Assembly: GCF_009834535.1 (NCBI RefSeq)
Contig: NC_045696.1
Location: forward strand, 104,348,001 to 104,412,000
Reading direction: 5' to 3'
Length of the DNA stretch: 64,000 nucleotides
From: Camelus ferus
Taxonomy: Eukaryota
The stretch's first letter is position 1; each line of letters begins with the position of its first letter. A program made the position numbers and the translations under genes. The notes under the pieces are model-generated. The model was given only the letters and a program-made list of their open reading frames with translations, was not told where the DNA came from and ran no database searches. This document shows, piece by piece, positions 48,841 to 62,109 of the stretch.

Positions 48841-50122
48841 GTGATTCCCCTGACAAAATTTGTTAAAAGGGAAAAGATTTTTAGATTTTAACATTTCTTA
48901 AACATTTTAAGATCATGACAGAGACCCAGAGAGGCTCTTTGGAAGGTCTGTCCCTTGGTTTGCTTTGCTAAATGTTCTGGCCCCAGCTGGATGGGATGGA
49001 CCCAGAGTGAGTTTCAAGCCAGGCTGTTAACTCAGTGAATAACCAGCAGAGAGGAGAAGGTTTCCCGGGGATGCCATGCGCCGCCCATGGTACTCGGCTT
49101 GGAAGACAACGTTGGACCCTTTATCTTTTCCACTTCCCTTTGGCAACCCAGCCTCTCAGTGTGCAGGACAGCAGCCAGCTCCAGCCTGTAGGTGTCACCA
49201 CTCTGCTGGCCAGTCACTGAGGGCATCACACCCACGCTCTGGCACCCTCTGTCTGGGGCCGTCTCTGCATGCTTGGGCGCCACCGCTTTTCTTGGCCTTG
49301 GAAGATGGCTGAACCTCTGAGGTCTTGCCTTCGTGCCCAAGATCATGGGGAGACAAACCGGAAACTGAAGGCGTGATACTAAGTGGGCCGTTGGACTGGA
49401 TGGGCCTAGAGCGAAATGGAGCAGGGTCTCAGAAGTGTCACGCCTAGGATGAAGTTAACTGCTTGGTTCGAGAGGGTTCTTCTGGAAGAGGCACTAACAA
49501 AGTGACTTTAAAAAAAGACATTAAAAACCATTCATTTTTATTAATTAATGTATATTAAGTACACATATATTCTAAATAAAGCCTTTCAAAGTCCACTGTA
49601 TGATCCCCAATCAAAATACAGATTACAAGCATTCAGAAACATTCTTGTTCTTCTGATACAAGGATACAAGAATTGTGGTTTCTATAGCTTACAAAACTGA
49701 GGCTGATCATTTAGTAAACATGGACGTAAATTAATTTTATGACCTTTTAGTGAAAGGTTACCTATACTTTTCTTGGATATCTGTGAAAAGATTTATTTTT
49801 TAACCATATCAACTAATATTCATGACTTCTATCTATTGCTGTTATGAAGATACATCATGACTTTAATAAACTACAAGCTTTTTATCCTTAAAAAGAGGCT
49901 CCAGGTTCTTATCTCAGACTGAGGCGAACATTTCCCAAAGTGAATGCTGGTCACAAGGATGCTTTATGAGGTCAAGTGTACCATAGTCAGATCAGTCTGA
50001 GAAACACTCTTTTCCTATATTCTCTTCTAGATGGTTCCCAATGCATGTTCTGAAAATTCCTGGCCCACCCAAGGTCATGGTTGAAGGTGCTCCTGGGTTG
50101 CTCTTGGTAGCCGACCTGTGAA

Positions 50123-50314
50123 CAGTGGTGTGCCAGAGCTGGCTGGAAAAAGCCCGCTGGCAGCATGTCTTCCCAACTCGGAGTTCACTGACGTCACATT
50201 GGTGGCTTAAAATCAGCCATGTGGGAGTATTTCCATCCTGGGAATCAGCAAATGCTACAAATTAGACCTCCTCCCCCCAAAGCTGCTTGTTAGCCATTCA
50301 CTAAGGCACCGCTG
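50123..50314 (+). mobile_element. MER63A-like hAT-Blackjack MITE
   Basis: TIR cagtggtgtgc...gcaccgctg; internal tcttcccaactc..ttcactgacgtcacattggtggcttaaaatcagccat..agcaaatgctacaaat. Confidence 0.75.
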
Positions 50315-50523
50315 CCCAGCAGCCTGCTCCCCCTGGTCATGCCTTTGAATACCGACGTGGCTGACCTCTGCTCCTCTCAGCCCTGCTCCCTCTGCCGCCC
50401 TCGCAGTGCCGTTTGTGAGCAGCCAGGACCCACAGGACCAAACCATCTGAATCCAGGGTGTTATGATGATCTCGCTTTTATGATTAGTCAGGCTCACCTG
50501 GTCCACACTCATACAGTCTAGGG

Positions 50524-50855
50524 CAGAGGTCACAAAACGGCCACCTGTGCGCTGAAGTCAGCCTGCTGGTTCGTTTTTGGGGGAGTCCACATGGCATTTG
50601 GTAAAACATATGAATTAGTTGCCAGGATTTAAAATCTGGTAGATTTCACATGAAAACCCGGGATTTCTGACTGTGTTGAAAGACAAATCAGAAGATCTGG
50701 CAAATAATGGGCAAACATCCTTGCACTGAAACACTTGGCTGGGGCAGCTGCCCCCCTGGACTTGCCTGCGTTTTTCTTTTCACCCAAAGCCCCATCCAGG
50801 TAGCTGTGCTCACTTACACTACCCAGCTTTACCTCCGTGGGCATTCGAGTTCGGC
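50524..50855 (-). mobile_element. MER102-like hAT DNA transposon
   Basis: cagaggtcacaaa..aattagttgccaggatttaaaatctggtagatttcacatgaaaac..gaagatctggcaa..gtgggcattcgagtt. Confidence 0.65.
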
Positions 50856-51809
50856 TTAGAGCAAGCCTTGTGCCCTGTTCCTCCCACCGCCCGCTTGGGG
50901 CACTTCACAGCAGGGCAGGCCCTGCTCCAGGAAGATGGTAGGACTACATTCCACTGGGGAAATCAGGGATGGCACCCCTGATCAAGAGCTCTGGAGCTCA
51001 GGAGTGGAACTTCCTATGAGAGAGAAGACTTCCAGGGTCTCAGGTACGAGAGGAAGGAGGCATTCCAGGTAGCAGGGCCAGTAGAGCAAAAGCATGGCGA
51101 TGGGAGTGTTCACCACGTGCTTTGGGAATACCAAGACCTAGGATTCATGCCAAGCAGTGGAGCAATGTAAAGGTGAACATCTACACCCTTATGTTGCTAC
51201 CTGGGCCGGGCCATTGAGCATCTTGGATTTGAGGTTGAATTCAGTTCAGTTGCATAAATTCTCTCTGACCCCTTTGTATCCCAGGTTCTCCACTAGAGCA
51301 TGAACACAGGTATGATTAAGATGAAACCTCTGCCCGGCACTTTTATCAATAGTTTGGTCATTTATAACTTCGTTTTGGTTGGTGTTTGTTACTTTTTGCC
51401 ATGGACCTAATGTAAAACCCTATATTCAAACCTGGTAAACCAGGACTTTTCCAGGTTAAAGAATCTAGCTCATTTGCTCCAAGGGGCTGGGGAATCCCTG
51501 AGATCCAGGGGCCTTGTATGTGAACGGTGAGTTCCTGAAAGTCTCTGGAGGCTGTCAGCCTGGAAGGGCACCTCCCAGAGGAGCTTCCGCCTTGTAGTGG
51601 GCACAGAGCCAGAGAGGGAGGCCAGGAGAAGGCCACTACGGAGGCTGAGTGATGAGGGGATGCTTTTGAAAGAGAGGAGAGGGAAGAGGCACAGAAAGAA
51701 AATGAAGAATCTATTTATCGGACAGCAAGAACATGAGCCTGATTGGGGAAGAAGGGAATGGTGAGACCTGTCAGGGATCTGCTATGCTGGGCTCCAGAGA
51801 AAGCCAAGG

Positions 51810-51810
<1 letters not shown>

Positions 51811-51863
<53 letters not shown>
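51811..51863. repeat. (TG)n microsatellite
   Basis: About 23 perfect TG units. Confidence 0.95.
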
Positions 51864-51864
<1 letters not shown>

Positions 51865-52140
51865 AGTTATCAAGGTGAAGACGGAAAGACCCCCAGACAA
51901 AGACTTCTTGGGCTGCCTCTCGCCTCTCTGAGACATAATAGAAAAAATATAGTTCTGTGTGATAAACATGCTGTCTTAACATCAGGCAGAACAACCCCTC
52001 TTCCAGTGTGAAGGATCTGCCCTTGGGAGACGATCATGATGAACTGCCTGAAGTAGAAGAGTGGGTGTGGGTTTTGGCTGGAAACCAGTGAATGAAGAAA
52101 ACATGACAAAGCTTCTCTTCAAAGAGAAAAAGAAGGGAGG

Positions 52141-52186
52141 TTTTTTTTTGTTTGTTTGTTTTGTTTGTTTGTTTGTTTGTTTTTTT
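52141..52186. repeat. (TTTG)n simple repeat
   Basis: Visible directly. Confidence 0.9.
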
Positions 52187-55100
52187 ACCTCCGAGATGGG
52201 GACAGATGAGCAGGGGGAGGGAAGGAAAGGGTAGAGAGGGCAGGCAGAGGGCCCGCGGCAGGGGAGGGGAGCCAGAGGAGTTTAAATAATGACAACACCT
52301 ATATGTGGCGTTTGCTGTGTGCCATGCACTGCTATCCCCTCCATGACCCCAGAGCTTCCAAGGATACTTTGAATTTTCCCTACTTCTCCCTGGAAGCAAA
52401 AGGTAAAACTTAACCCCTGGATGGGTCCAATATGAATCAAGAGGGAATAGAAGCTGTATCTGCAGCTCACAGATGCCCAGGGCAGTGCTTGGATCTCCAC
52501 TCGCTTTGGATGGGGAGGCAGCCCGTCTTCAGTGGGCTTCAGGGGCAAGGTGGCCCCGGGTGGCACCTGGGTGTAGGGGAAGGCCAGTGTGAAAGAGCAG
52601 GAAGGAACAGGTGAGGAGAGAGACCTGTGCTCAGTGGCCCCACCCTCCACAGTGCCCCCAGCTCCTCCAGGTGTCATCTTCTTCATCTTAATTAAAATCA
52701 CACACATCGTAAGTGCTCAGTAAATGCATTAGGATTGCCTTTGTATCGGTCTCAGCAACAGTGCTGCTGAGTTCAGCCCCGGGGGTAACAGGATGCCCTG
52801 ATGGAGGCCTGAGAGGGGTCAGTTTGCCATGCCACCACTTCTCACATCCTTCATCCCTCTCTTCTCCTTGCATGGGTTTAGGACAGAGCCCCAGAGAATA
52901 TTGACCCAGCCGAAGCTGTTCTTGGTGTCTCACCTCATCAAATAGTCTGAAAAAATAAAAAACTCTCCAAGGTCGACTTTACTGTGAAATTCTAAAATCG
53001 TATTTATTCACCAATTCACCGGAAGTGCCGTAATGACCACCAACATGAATTGGTTTGTAGGCATTTACAGGCCAAGGCTGAAAATAAATATCTGTGTTAA
53101 ATCAGCATTTAACACATTACTTGGAAACCGCAAGAATCTTAGTTGTTAGAAATTTACAGTTTGTGATTCAAAGATGGGTAAGATCACAGTCATGGCAAGA
53201 AGCCCAGCAGATTCCTATGATGGTCACCTTCTTCCTATAGCTTTATATACATACAGGTTCTCGGTGCCGCTCACTCTGTCAGCCTGGAGTGGCTGGGACA
53301 GCACAATCAGGCAGGGGAGGGGTGCTGAGAGAGGGTACGGGGAGGTGAAAGGGCATTTTCTCTGCATCCCTGTGACTGGGCAACCTTGTTTGTTGAGCAA
53401 GATGACAGTGTGCTCTCCTGCAATTAGATTCAACATCCTGTAAATGTACCCCATCCTTCTAACGAGAGAGTCCAGAGTTTGCGTTGTATCACACTCACAC
53501 ACACACAGTAGTATCTTTAGCAAATAAACACATTTTCTGAATTAAAGGAACTCACTCTGTGGCAACTGGAAGATCTCAGAAATCTGACACGTGTCAGGTG
53601 CACACTGGCCCACCTGCAGAGATGCAGTTGGCCGCCGCCAGAGGCGTTCTGGCCAGCCCAGCAGTAACTGCCCAGACAGTAACAGTGATCGAAGGTGATT
53701 CCATAAAATGACACTGCTGGTCCTTTGTCCGTAGTGTCAACACTGCAGAGATTTTGAGGAGAGAAAGCTCACCGGACCTTTCCCCTTGTCACTGAGGTTG
53801 AGTAGCTGGGAATAAACAGCCATCTAAGGCTCTAAACGGTGGTGACAGCTCCTGATAAGAGAGAAGGGAAAGTCTGGGAGAAGAAATCGCTAGACCTTTT
53901 GGACCAGCTGAGCCCCAGATCTGTACATTTATTTCCAAGACTGCCTAAAGTTGGCCAAGTTCAACAGCACTTCACCGAGGGTTCAGGAAACGGCAGAAGC
54001 CGTAGGAGGGGGGCCCCCAGCCCTGTTCCCTGTAGAAATAGCTTGCTGGGAGGTTTAACAGATACAGTTTAAGTGGTACCAACTCACTGAATGCAACATC
54101 CCACCACTGATCACCACCAGAGAGCCAGTCCCAGGACCTGCGGTTGGCTGAACTCAGCACTGAAGCTGTGAATTCACAAAGGCTTCTCCTCAGCCAATTG
54201 TGATGATCTACCGGGGGTGGGGGTGTGTGTGTGGCTGACCTGCTTCTCTGCAGCTCATTTCACTTGGGGTATAGTGACATGACTGGGTGTCTACCTAGAG
54301 GTGACAAGCTGGACCTTCAGTTTCTCAGTGCTTCCAAGTTCCTACTATGTGCCAGGCACTCTTCCCAGTGCTTTGAGGGCTAGAAGTAAACAAGAAGAAA
54401 AAGTGTAACATCCAAACCAGTGCTTGCGAGGAATTTAAAATGTGCCAGGACCATAGACATCTTCATTCTCTGTCTCACTTATTTCTGTATTATAGATATG
54501 TATGTGACACCTATATTTAGCTGTCCTTAGCTGCTTGTCTCTGATCATTTATATTTAGCACATTAATTTTCCAAATGCATGTCCCACCAAATCATTCTGG
54601 CCCTTGCCTTACTGACATTGCAATGTCCTGGCCAATAACATAACACACCCACTTTCATACCTACTGACTTCTCTGAAAACAGGCCATTTCTTTTCCAAAC
54701 CCACCGTCTGTTTTTTTCAATCTCCTTTCAAGCCTGCCCAGCTCAGGCCACCAACAACCCGTTCCGGAAGCCACTGAGCTCAGGTGGATTGATCCATCAC
54801 CACTGGTTCACTCAAGAACTGAAGTCACCTTCAAAGAGCTCTGACTTTGGAAGCTATTGATTTGCCTGCCTCTGTGGTCACATGACCAGACTCACCCATA
54901 GTCGGCTGACACCTGGATACAGCTCTCAACACAGAACAGTCCTCTGGCTTCCCAAGTGAGGGCTGCCCCTATTACTGTCCCTCCTACCCAGCCTCACCTC
55001 TTCCCTCTCCAACTCTGAGTCACCTTTCCCCTCAGTCTCTTCTCTTGCTTTTTAAGTGATCAGCCCTGGGTACCAGGTCTAGCTTCCTGACCTCCAAAAA

Positions 55101-58100
55101 GCTTCTGCTCTATTTCCACCACTTGAAATTGACTAGTGAAGGCGGGCATGACCTCTTCCGAACCTCACATGTCAGCATTCCCTCTGTAGCCGTGTAAGGG
55201 AGCTGGGCGTGGGGGGTGGGCTCCGGATCCTCGATTTCCCTGTCGACAAGGACCAATGCAGTTTTGTCTCTGGGGGTGGATGTGCACTTTATGTTCACAT
55301 CTGTGGCCCCCAGGCATGAGTGGGACCCTCATCACAGTGCCGTTAAAGAACCCTTCCCAAGGGTCGGTGTTTCCTCATCCCCTTCACTGCCTTTTCCATC
55401 GGGGGCTGGTGCCTGTAGCTGAGACGTGTGGTCGATTCTCTGCTTCTGCAAATAGACACAATCTGTGGGCTCATTTCTCTGATAGCTGTTTCCTTTGGGG
55501 AAAAGAACCCTCCACATTTGTGTGTGCGCGTGTGTGTCCCATTTCTGTTCTGAAATGCTCAGGAAAAAGGGTCTGGGCAGAAGATAAAAGCGAACAGACA
55601 TTAAAGCCGACGTGTTTCTGTTGCCTGTGATTAATACACACCGTCTGCATTTTTGCTCTTCTCACGTCTGTTGCCCTCTTTTCATTAGTCTGTTGGGAAC
55701 TGAGCTTCATCTTGATGAATCTCCTCTGCACTGAATCTGATAAAAGAGACTGGAGAGCAGCACAGGGCTGGGGGTGCCAGCAGAGCGGGGCTCCCTCTTC
55801 TCAGCTGGGACGCTGCCTGTGACCTCTGCGGTGGAGCACATGGGCTCACCGATGCCCACCTGTGCCTGCTCCTGGCCTAGGGGCTCATTTTACTGGTTGT
55901 AGCTGGGAGAGGGTCCCTCTCCAAACAACCTCACTCTCTTCTTTTTCCACTGGGGGCAGCAAGAGTGTTGTCCTTCCTCTGCTGCACTTCCACTCCTCCT
56001 GCAGCTGGTTTTATAAAAGACCTCAACTTCTCCATTAAGAGAAAAGATAGAAGCTGTCTTCCTCCATTGGAGCATCCTAATTTTTCAACCCCCACGTGTT
56101 CATGGAGGTTAAGTGATCTCTGGTGTTCCATTTACTTCAGCATTTAGGGAGCGCGTGCTGTGGGCCAGGCGCTGTGCTGGACACCCAGGGTGCTGTGATA
56201 GGTGAGTTACTCTTCTTTGCTTCGGGAGGAGGCCTCTGACAGCACAGGAGGCAAGAGTTGGGGCCTAGCTTCACACAATGATGTTTTCCAGGGTCCTGGT
56301 CAGACACCCAGTCAGGGGCCTGGGAAGTGAGGGCTGTGGTCCTTTTCACTCAACTGCAAGTTCCCACGGAGTGGAACCCTGACTCTGGATATGTGTCACC
56401 CTGGTGGTCCAGAGGTACCAGCTCCTCCCTGCTCCTCAGAATGGGAGGAACTAGCCTGTGTTGGGACACGGTTCTCTTGTTTCTGACAAGCGTTAAGTGG
56501 TTGGTGTGTCCTGCCCAGTGACACACTGTGTCTCACCTGTGCCCAGGTTTCCCAGCTAGCACGCCCCCTTATGCACTCACTTTACACAGAGCTCCTCACC
56601 CTGAGTCCGTAACGTGTCCCTGTCCTGCTTGACTGGACACAGGTCCGGGCCTGTCAGCGAGAACGAAGCCCACCCTGTTTCCAGAACAAAGGCCTCTCCA
56701 TCGCCTTTCTGCCATCCCATTCCTTGTCCTTTGGTCCCACAGAAGCCTTTGTGCTAAGTGACTAACCTTAGGGAAACACATAAAATTGCCTTAAGGTCTT
56801 GGGAGAGAAGTGCTTCAGAAGATAATTCACAAAGAGAGGCCAGGCTGTAAAGAAGAGCTCTTCTGGATCTAAGGGACTTGAAGAAACCTTGGCCTTACCC
56901 GCCGGGGTCTGTCCGGTTCTCCCCACTCTGTCTCCCCAGCACGCAGCTGGCCAGCCTTAGTTGTTCTTGTTAGTTGATTCTAATCTATTAGAGGTGAGTT
57001 ATTCCCGATATGATCTCTGTGGTCTCAGGAGACTGCGTTTAATCAGAAGACCTTTTCCAAGCTGGGCTGGAGATACAGGTGTGTCCTGTAGGGCATTTGG
57101 GAGGACTCAGCCAGGAGAGGACCAGGATGTATCTGGTCAGGAGGCGACTGGAGTTTGTAGGAACTGAAAAGCAGGTGCTGGATCACCCAGGACATATTTC
57201 TGGGCTCCTTTCCAGCCCATTTCTCCTCTGTGCTTCCACCCCAAGGCCCAGCACCCCAGTCCTCTGACTCCCGGTCTCAGAAATCCTTATATGAGAACAG
57301 ATTCTGTACCCCACAGCTAGGTGTAAATGATTGATAGGACACCAACTAGTTCCTTCCAAAGATTTGTAGACCTTCACAGAGTTTAAGCCATAGATCAAAA
57401 AGCAAAATCAATCTTGGACCTCAGGGATCAGGTTGATGGAGAAAAAGGGCACTGGTGGAGCCTGGCACCTTTGTGGGTCTTAGAAATTTGAGGGCCAAGA
57501 CACTGTCTCTAGGGAGGCTGCAGGTTTGTTTCTGGTTTTGGTTTTCTACTTTCAGGAACATCCAGAGTGAGTTACTGCCCTTTCAAGAAAAGCCATTCAT
57601 TCCCCATCCAATTAAGTGCCTGCATTGTGACGCTGCGGGCCCCATCCCATTACAAATGGAGCGATGCTGCAGTAACCTGGCAACGCCCTTAAATGACCTG
57701 GCTCTGCTCTCTCCCGTGCCCCAGGCGGCTCCACCGGCATAGAGGCTGTGTGGAGACCAGTCCTCCTGAAGCTGCAGGGCCACTGCTGCAGGTCAATTGC
57801 TTCCTCTTAAAATACAGCCATGGAAGAGGCTGCTCACTTTATAGGAGCCTGGAAGATGGCCTCCCAAAGGATGTGTGGCCTCACTCCAGCTTCTCCGGGG
57901 CTGTGTCTTTCTCCAGGATGATCCAGAACAGACCAGCAGGAAGTGGCTCATGCCCGAGAGAAGGAGTGGAATTGGGACTAGGACCAGGGTTCCCTGAAAC
58001 CACTGCTTCAGGGAGTGTGGGTGGGAGCCTGGAGGGCCTGGGAGTTGGGTGGGGCAGTCTGCTTTTGTCCGCTCTCATCATGACACAATTATTTTTGATT

Positions 58101-58163
58101 ATGTCTTGTTAACAGTCATCTCCTCCCAATGCCAGCTTAAATCCTGCTCCTCATCCTCTACAT

Positions 58164-58297
58164 CAGCAGTTCTCAGACTCTGGACCCCGCCCAAAGTTCC
58201 TGGTTCAGCAGGTCATAGGTGGGGCCCGAGAATTTGCATTTCTCACTTGTCTCCAGGTGATGCGGCTGCTCTGGTCCAAGGACACTTGAGAAGCTGG
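58164..58297. mobile_element. MER5A hAT-Charlie MITE (internally deleted)
   Basis: cagcagttctca..ggtggggcccgagaatttgcatttct..ccaggtgatgcggctgct..cacttgagaa. Confidence 0.8.
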
Positions 58298-60086
58298 GCT
58301 CCACAGGGTCGGGTGTGAACCTGCGGCAGGTCCTCCAGAGTCAGCCCTTCCTCCCTCTTCAGCTCCGACCCAGGGCCTCCCAGGGGTTCTTTTTACATCA
58401 GGCTGTCCTGTGGCTGTGGGCCTTGGCTCATGTTGGCCCCTGGACCTGGGTTACCCTTTCTAACTTCCGACGTCTGGCTGTCTGTTGTTTATAATTAAGA
58501 ACTTGCTTTGGCTGGTTTCCACTGAATCTCAGCCATCCGCCATGTTATTTCTGCCCACTAGGCAGGGTGATGGGCTTCTATCTACAAGGGAACTGGGGTG
58601 GAATGAGAAACATGTAGAGAAGCATTGCCTGCTTCCCTAGAGATCTCTCCACGTGGCCTCAGAAATGTGTGGCAGGGCTCCCAGAATCACACCTACCACC
58701 TGACTTAGAGCAGAGAGCTGCCCAATGAAGTTATCCCCCCACTCCCAACCCCAGACTTCTGCCCCCACAGTCCTGACTGCTCATGGACAGCCTCCAACAG
58801 GGCAAAGGAAACATCCCAGCAGCTTGCAAGACCAGGAGATATTCACGGGCAGGGCCACGTCTCATCCATCCTCCCTCTCCTGTTCCTGGCACGAGGCCTG
58901 GTACACCACGGGCGCTGAGCAAGGGTTTGCTGCATTCCATGGAACAGAGCTGCAAACACAGAATCCCATCTGTTCACGAATGGCATACAGGGGGTGTCTG
59001 ATTGCTTTCTGGGTCGCTGGTGGTGGTAACATTTTCTGTCTCTTTTTGTCTCTCCGGGAGAGCCAAGTTTGGCTTCTAACCCATAGCCCTTAGCAAGCCA
59101 ACTCTTCTTTCCAGTTGGTGCCAAAGGAAAACTAGAGCCAGATCTATAAAGAAGGCGCAGAATGAATTTATAAAGTAAAGCAAATCAAAGCAGGGAAATG
59201 AAGGTGCTGGAGTAGACTTCAAAACTTTCACTACACATTTCCCTTGCCTACAGCTGGACAACAGAAAGTGGTTACATGAAAATTAAATTGTGCCCAGGGC
59301 TTTGGCTTGTCAGCCTCGATAAATGTCCGATGCAGATAGAGGATGGTGGAGTATCTATAGCCTACCAGAGCACATCGCAGGAGGCTTTCGGGATCCCCCA
59401 AAGGCCTCAGAATGATCTGACCTGAGAAGCATCTACTTTGCACCAAATTCTTTCAAAGGATTAGACCAGCTCCCTTACTTTTTTTTTTCTTGGTAAAATC
59501 GATTTGGTTAATTTAAATGAGGGAATGGTTAAAAAGAAAGTCCTCTTCTTCCTCTGGCTAACATTGAATCGCATGGCCAAGGAGATTGCTAATTTTGAAG
59601 TATGCGGGGTCGGGCTTTCTACTGATTACGTTGCTATCGATTCAAACAGTCACAAGTCTTTATGATCATTTTTAGAGCAGCGGCACGAGCAGGACTGAAT
59701 GGAAATCAGTCTGAGATAATGAACGTTCCTGCTTAGAAATCATTACGGGCTGAGGTATTGGGGGCCAGTGTGAGCCCTGGGAGCTGGCCCTCAGCTCAGT
59801 GGCGTTTGTGCTCAGTGATCAGCCAGTTCCTCGACCCAAGGCTTTTAGCTCTTGAAGAATGCTTGCCTGCATTTGAGTCAATTCAGCAAGGGACAAAGAT
59901 TTTGGGGGGTTTTGTTTCTGTTTTCCACTTTGAACATAGATTTTTAAAACAGTTTAATTAAGCACTGTGGAGTTGTTTGCTGTTCATTTGGGAGGCAAAG
60001 ACCACTGGGTTGTGGATGAGCGGGCCTACGGTAGTAATCTGCTTTCCCTTGTCAGATAGAAGGCTGCTTTCCACGCATGCATGGTT

Positions 60087-60417
60087 GAGAGGTGCAAACT
60101 GTAGCCCACAGGCCAGCTCTGGTCGGCTGCTAGTTTTTGTAAGTCCTGTGGGCTCAGAAAGGTTTCTCTGTTTTTAAATGCCTGAAAATAAAAATCAGAA
60201 GAATAATAACATTTTGTGACATGTGACAATAATCTGAATTTGAATTGCCTGCTTTTTTTAAGTGGTCATGAATAAAGTTTTGAGGGGATGCAGCCATACC
60301 CATTTATTTAAGTATATTGTCTGCGGCTGGTTTCATGCTGCAGTGGTCAAGTCAAATACTTGCAAGAGACCACGTGGTCTGCAAAGGCCCTCTGCAGGTG
60401 AAGTTTGCCAGTCCCTG
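60087..60417 (+). mobile_element. MER58B hAT-Charlie MITE
   Basis: gcaaactgtagcccacaggcc..aaatcagaagaataataacattttgtgacatgtga..aataaagtttt..cagccatacccatttattta..aagtttgccagtccctg. Confidence 0.8.
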
Positions 60418-61541
60418 AGCCCTGCCATATGTGTAGGAATGGAGGACGCTGCCTTCCCTCCAGGAGCCCTCTCCCTGCAGAGTCCGGGGCCACCGGGCAC
60501 AGCCCTTGCTACATGCAAAGAAGTGTGGGCTAAGCCCTGCTTGATAGGATGATTGCTTACGTTCAAGAAAGAGCTAGTGAAATCAGAACCCACTGACATC
60601 ACATTTTTGGTAACTAGATGAATTGGGGCGTTGCTCAGATTTATAGCATTTGATTAAGCCTACAAGAATACACTTGTAGTATTTCTTTAAGACAGATAAC
60701 CAACTAGCTGATTGCTTTCCTCCACTAGGGCAACTCATTCTGTCCTGATCTTCTCCATCTCCTCCTCCTCTTTCTCTTCCTCCCGGTCACCTGAGTCATG
60801 TGAGAGATTTCAGCCTATCTATTTCAGCCTGCAGAGAGCAGGATCTGGTCATCCACTTGGCAAGATAAGCAATGGTCTGGCCTGCGGCCAAACCGATCAG
60901 CTGTGCCTCCCGGGTACAAATCTGCATCTGCTGCTGCTGCTGTCTAGGTGAGAGACCACTGGGTATCTGGCCATGTGGGGAATTTTGGTTCCCAGATACC
61001 AGCAGATGGAGCCTGGAAAACATTGGGCTGATTAATGACGTTTTTCACCTGTGGTTAGAATCCCCGCTAGAGAGCAAGTGACATTACTCACTGCTCACCT
61101 GGAGGCTCCCCCAAAGCTTCTGCTACTTGTGCATCACCGCCCCTTCTTGTTCTCACCCACAGTGATGAGGAGGCTGTTGGAACACTCTACGTGCCCACTG
61201 ACCCAGCAGCAACATTTCAAGTGCTTCGTCCTCGGGGCTGGCATGCAGAGTGACCACCCTGGCAGGAGCTGATGGGGAGGGCTCTGACTTGACTCCGTTG
61301 TCTCTCTATGTATGAGTCCAGTCACAAATGAGGCAACTCTGCTGTCCTGGCCACATGCCACTGCCACCTGCTCCCTACCCCCTCCAAACCCCCACAACAT
61401 AAAATGATTTCACATGCCCCAAACAGCTCACTCAGCCGTGACTGTGATGCAGCCGTCGGAGGCAGCAGAGGGCTCGAGGACCACTTCCCATGCCCAGCCA
61501 AACCGAAAGAAAGACCTAGCAGAAGAAAAATCTCTCATGCA

Positions 61542-61677
61542 TACCAGACTTAAATATTTTAAATCAAAATCCAACTCAAAAAGAATTGGCTTTTAAACAT
61601 ATAAAGAAAATATTCATTTTACTGCCATAATTTTGGGAGAATTCTGGATTTTGATTTAAAATATTTAAGTCAGTCTA
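61542..61677. repeat. Palindromic element with perfect 27-bp inverted arms (putative MITE)
   Basis: gacttaaatattttaaatcaaaatcca (61547-61573) is the exact reverse complement of 61645-61671. Confidence 0.8.
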
Positions 61678-62109
61678 AATGACTGAAGAATCTCTTTTTA
61701 TTTAACTAAGGGGATTGTGAGGACTAAAAATTCAAGATTTTCTCCTTGTAAATGTGCAGACACAGCCTGAGAGAAAAGAGCTATTTGATTGGGAAAATTC
61801 ACAGAAGTGTCTATTTCCATTCAATGGATATGAAACCCCAAACTTCAGCTGGTGTTTTTTCTTAAGAAGGGGAAAGTAAGAGCATGGGTTGGGATTGTGA
61901 ACAGATCCCCTTTCTTCCTGTGACCTCTCCTCTCTCTCCCTCTGCATCTGTCTCTTGTATAATTTCTATGCCTGATCGTTTCTCCTCGGCAACTAGCAAG
62001 TCCCCTTGCCCACAGCTGCTGGTAGAGCGCTTAGCACATAGTAGGTCTTCAGCAATACCTGTGAGCTGCATGAATAGGAAAGTAGGTAGATTCAGGCTGG
62101 TGGGCCCTG

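Noticed and set aside
53630..53650. CTCF site (ccgccagaggcg)
   Set aside because: It lacks one core G relative to the CCASYAGRKGGCRS consensus and cannot be supported without data.
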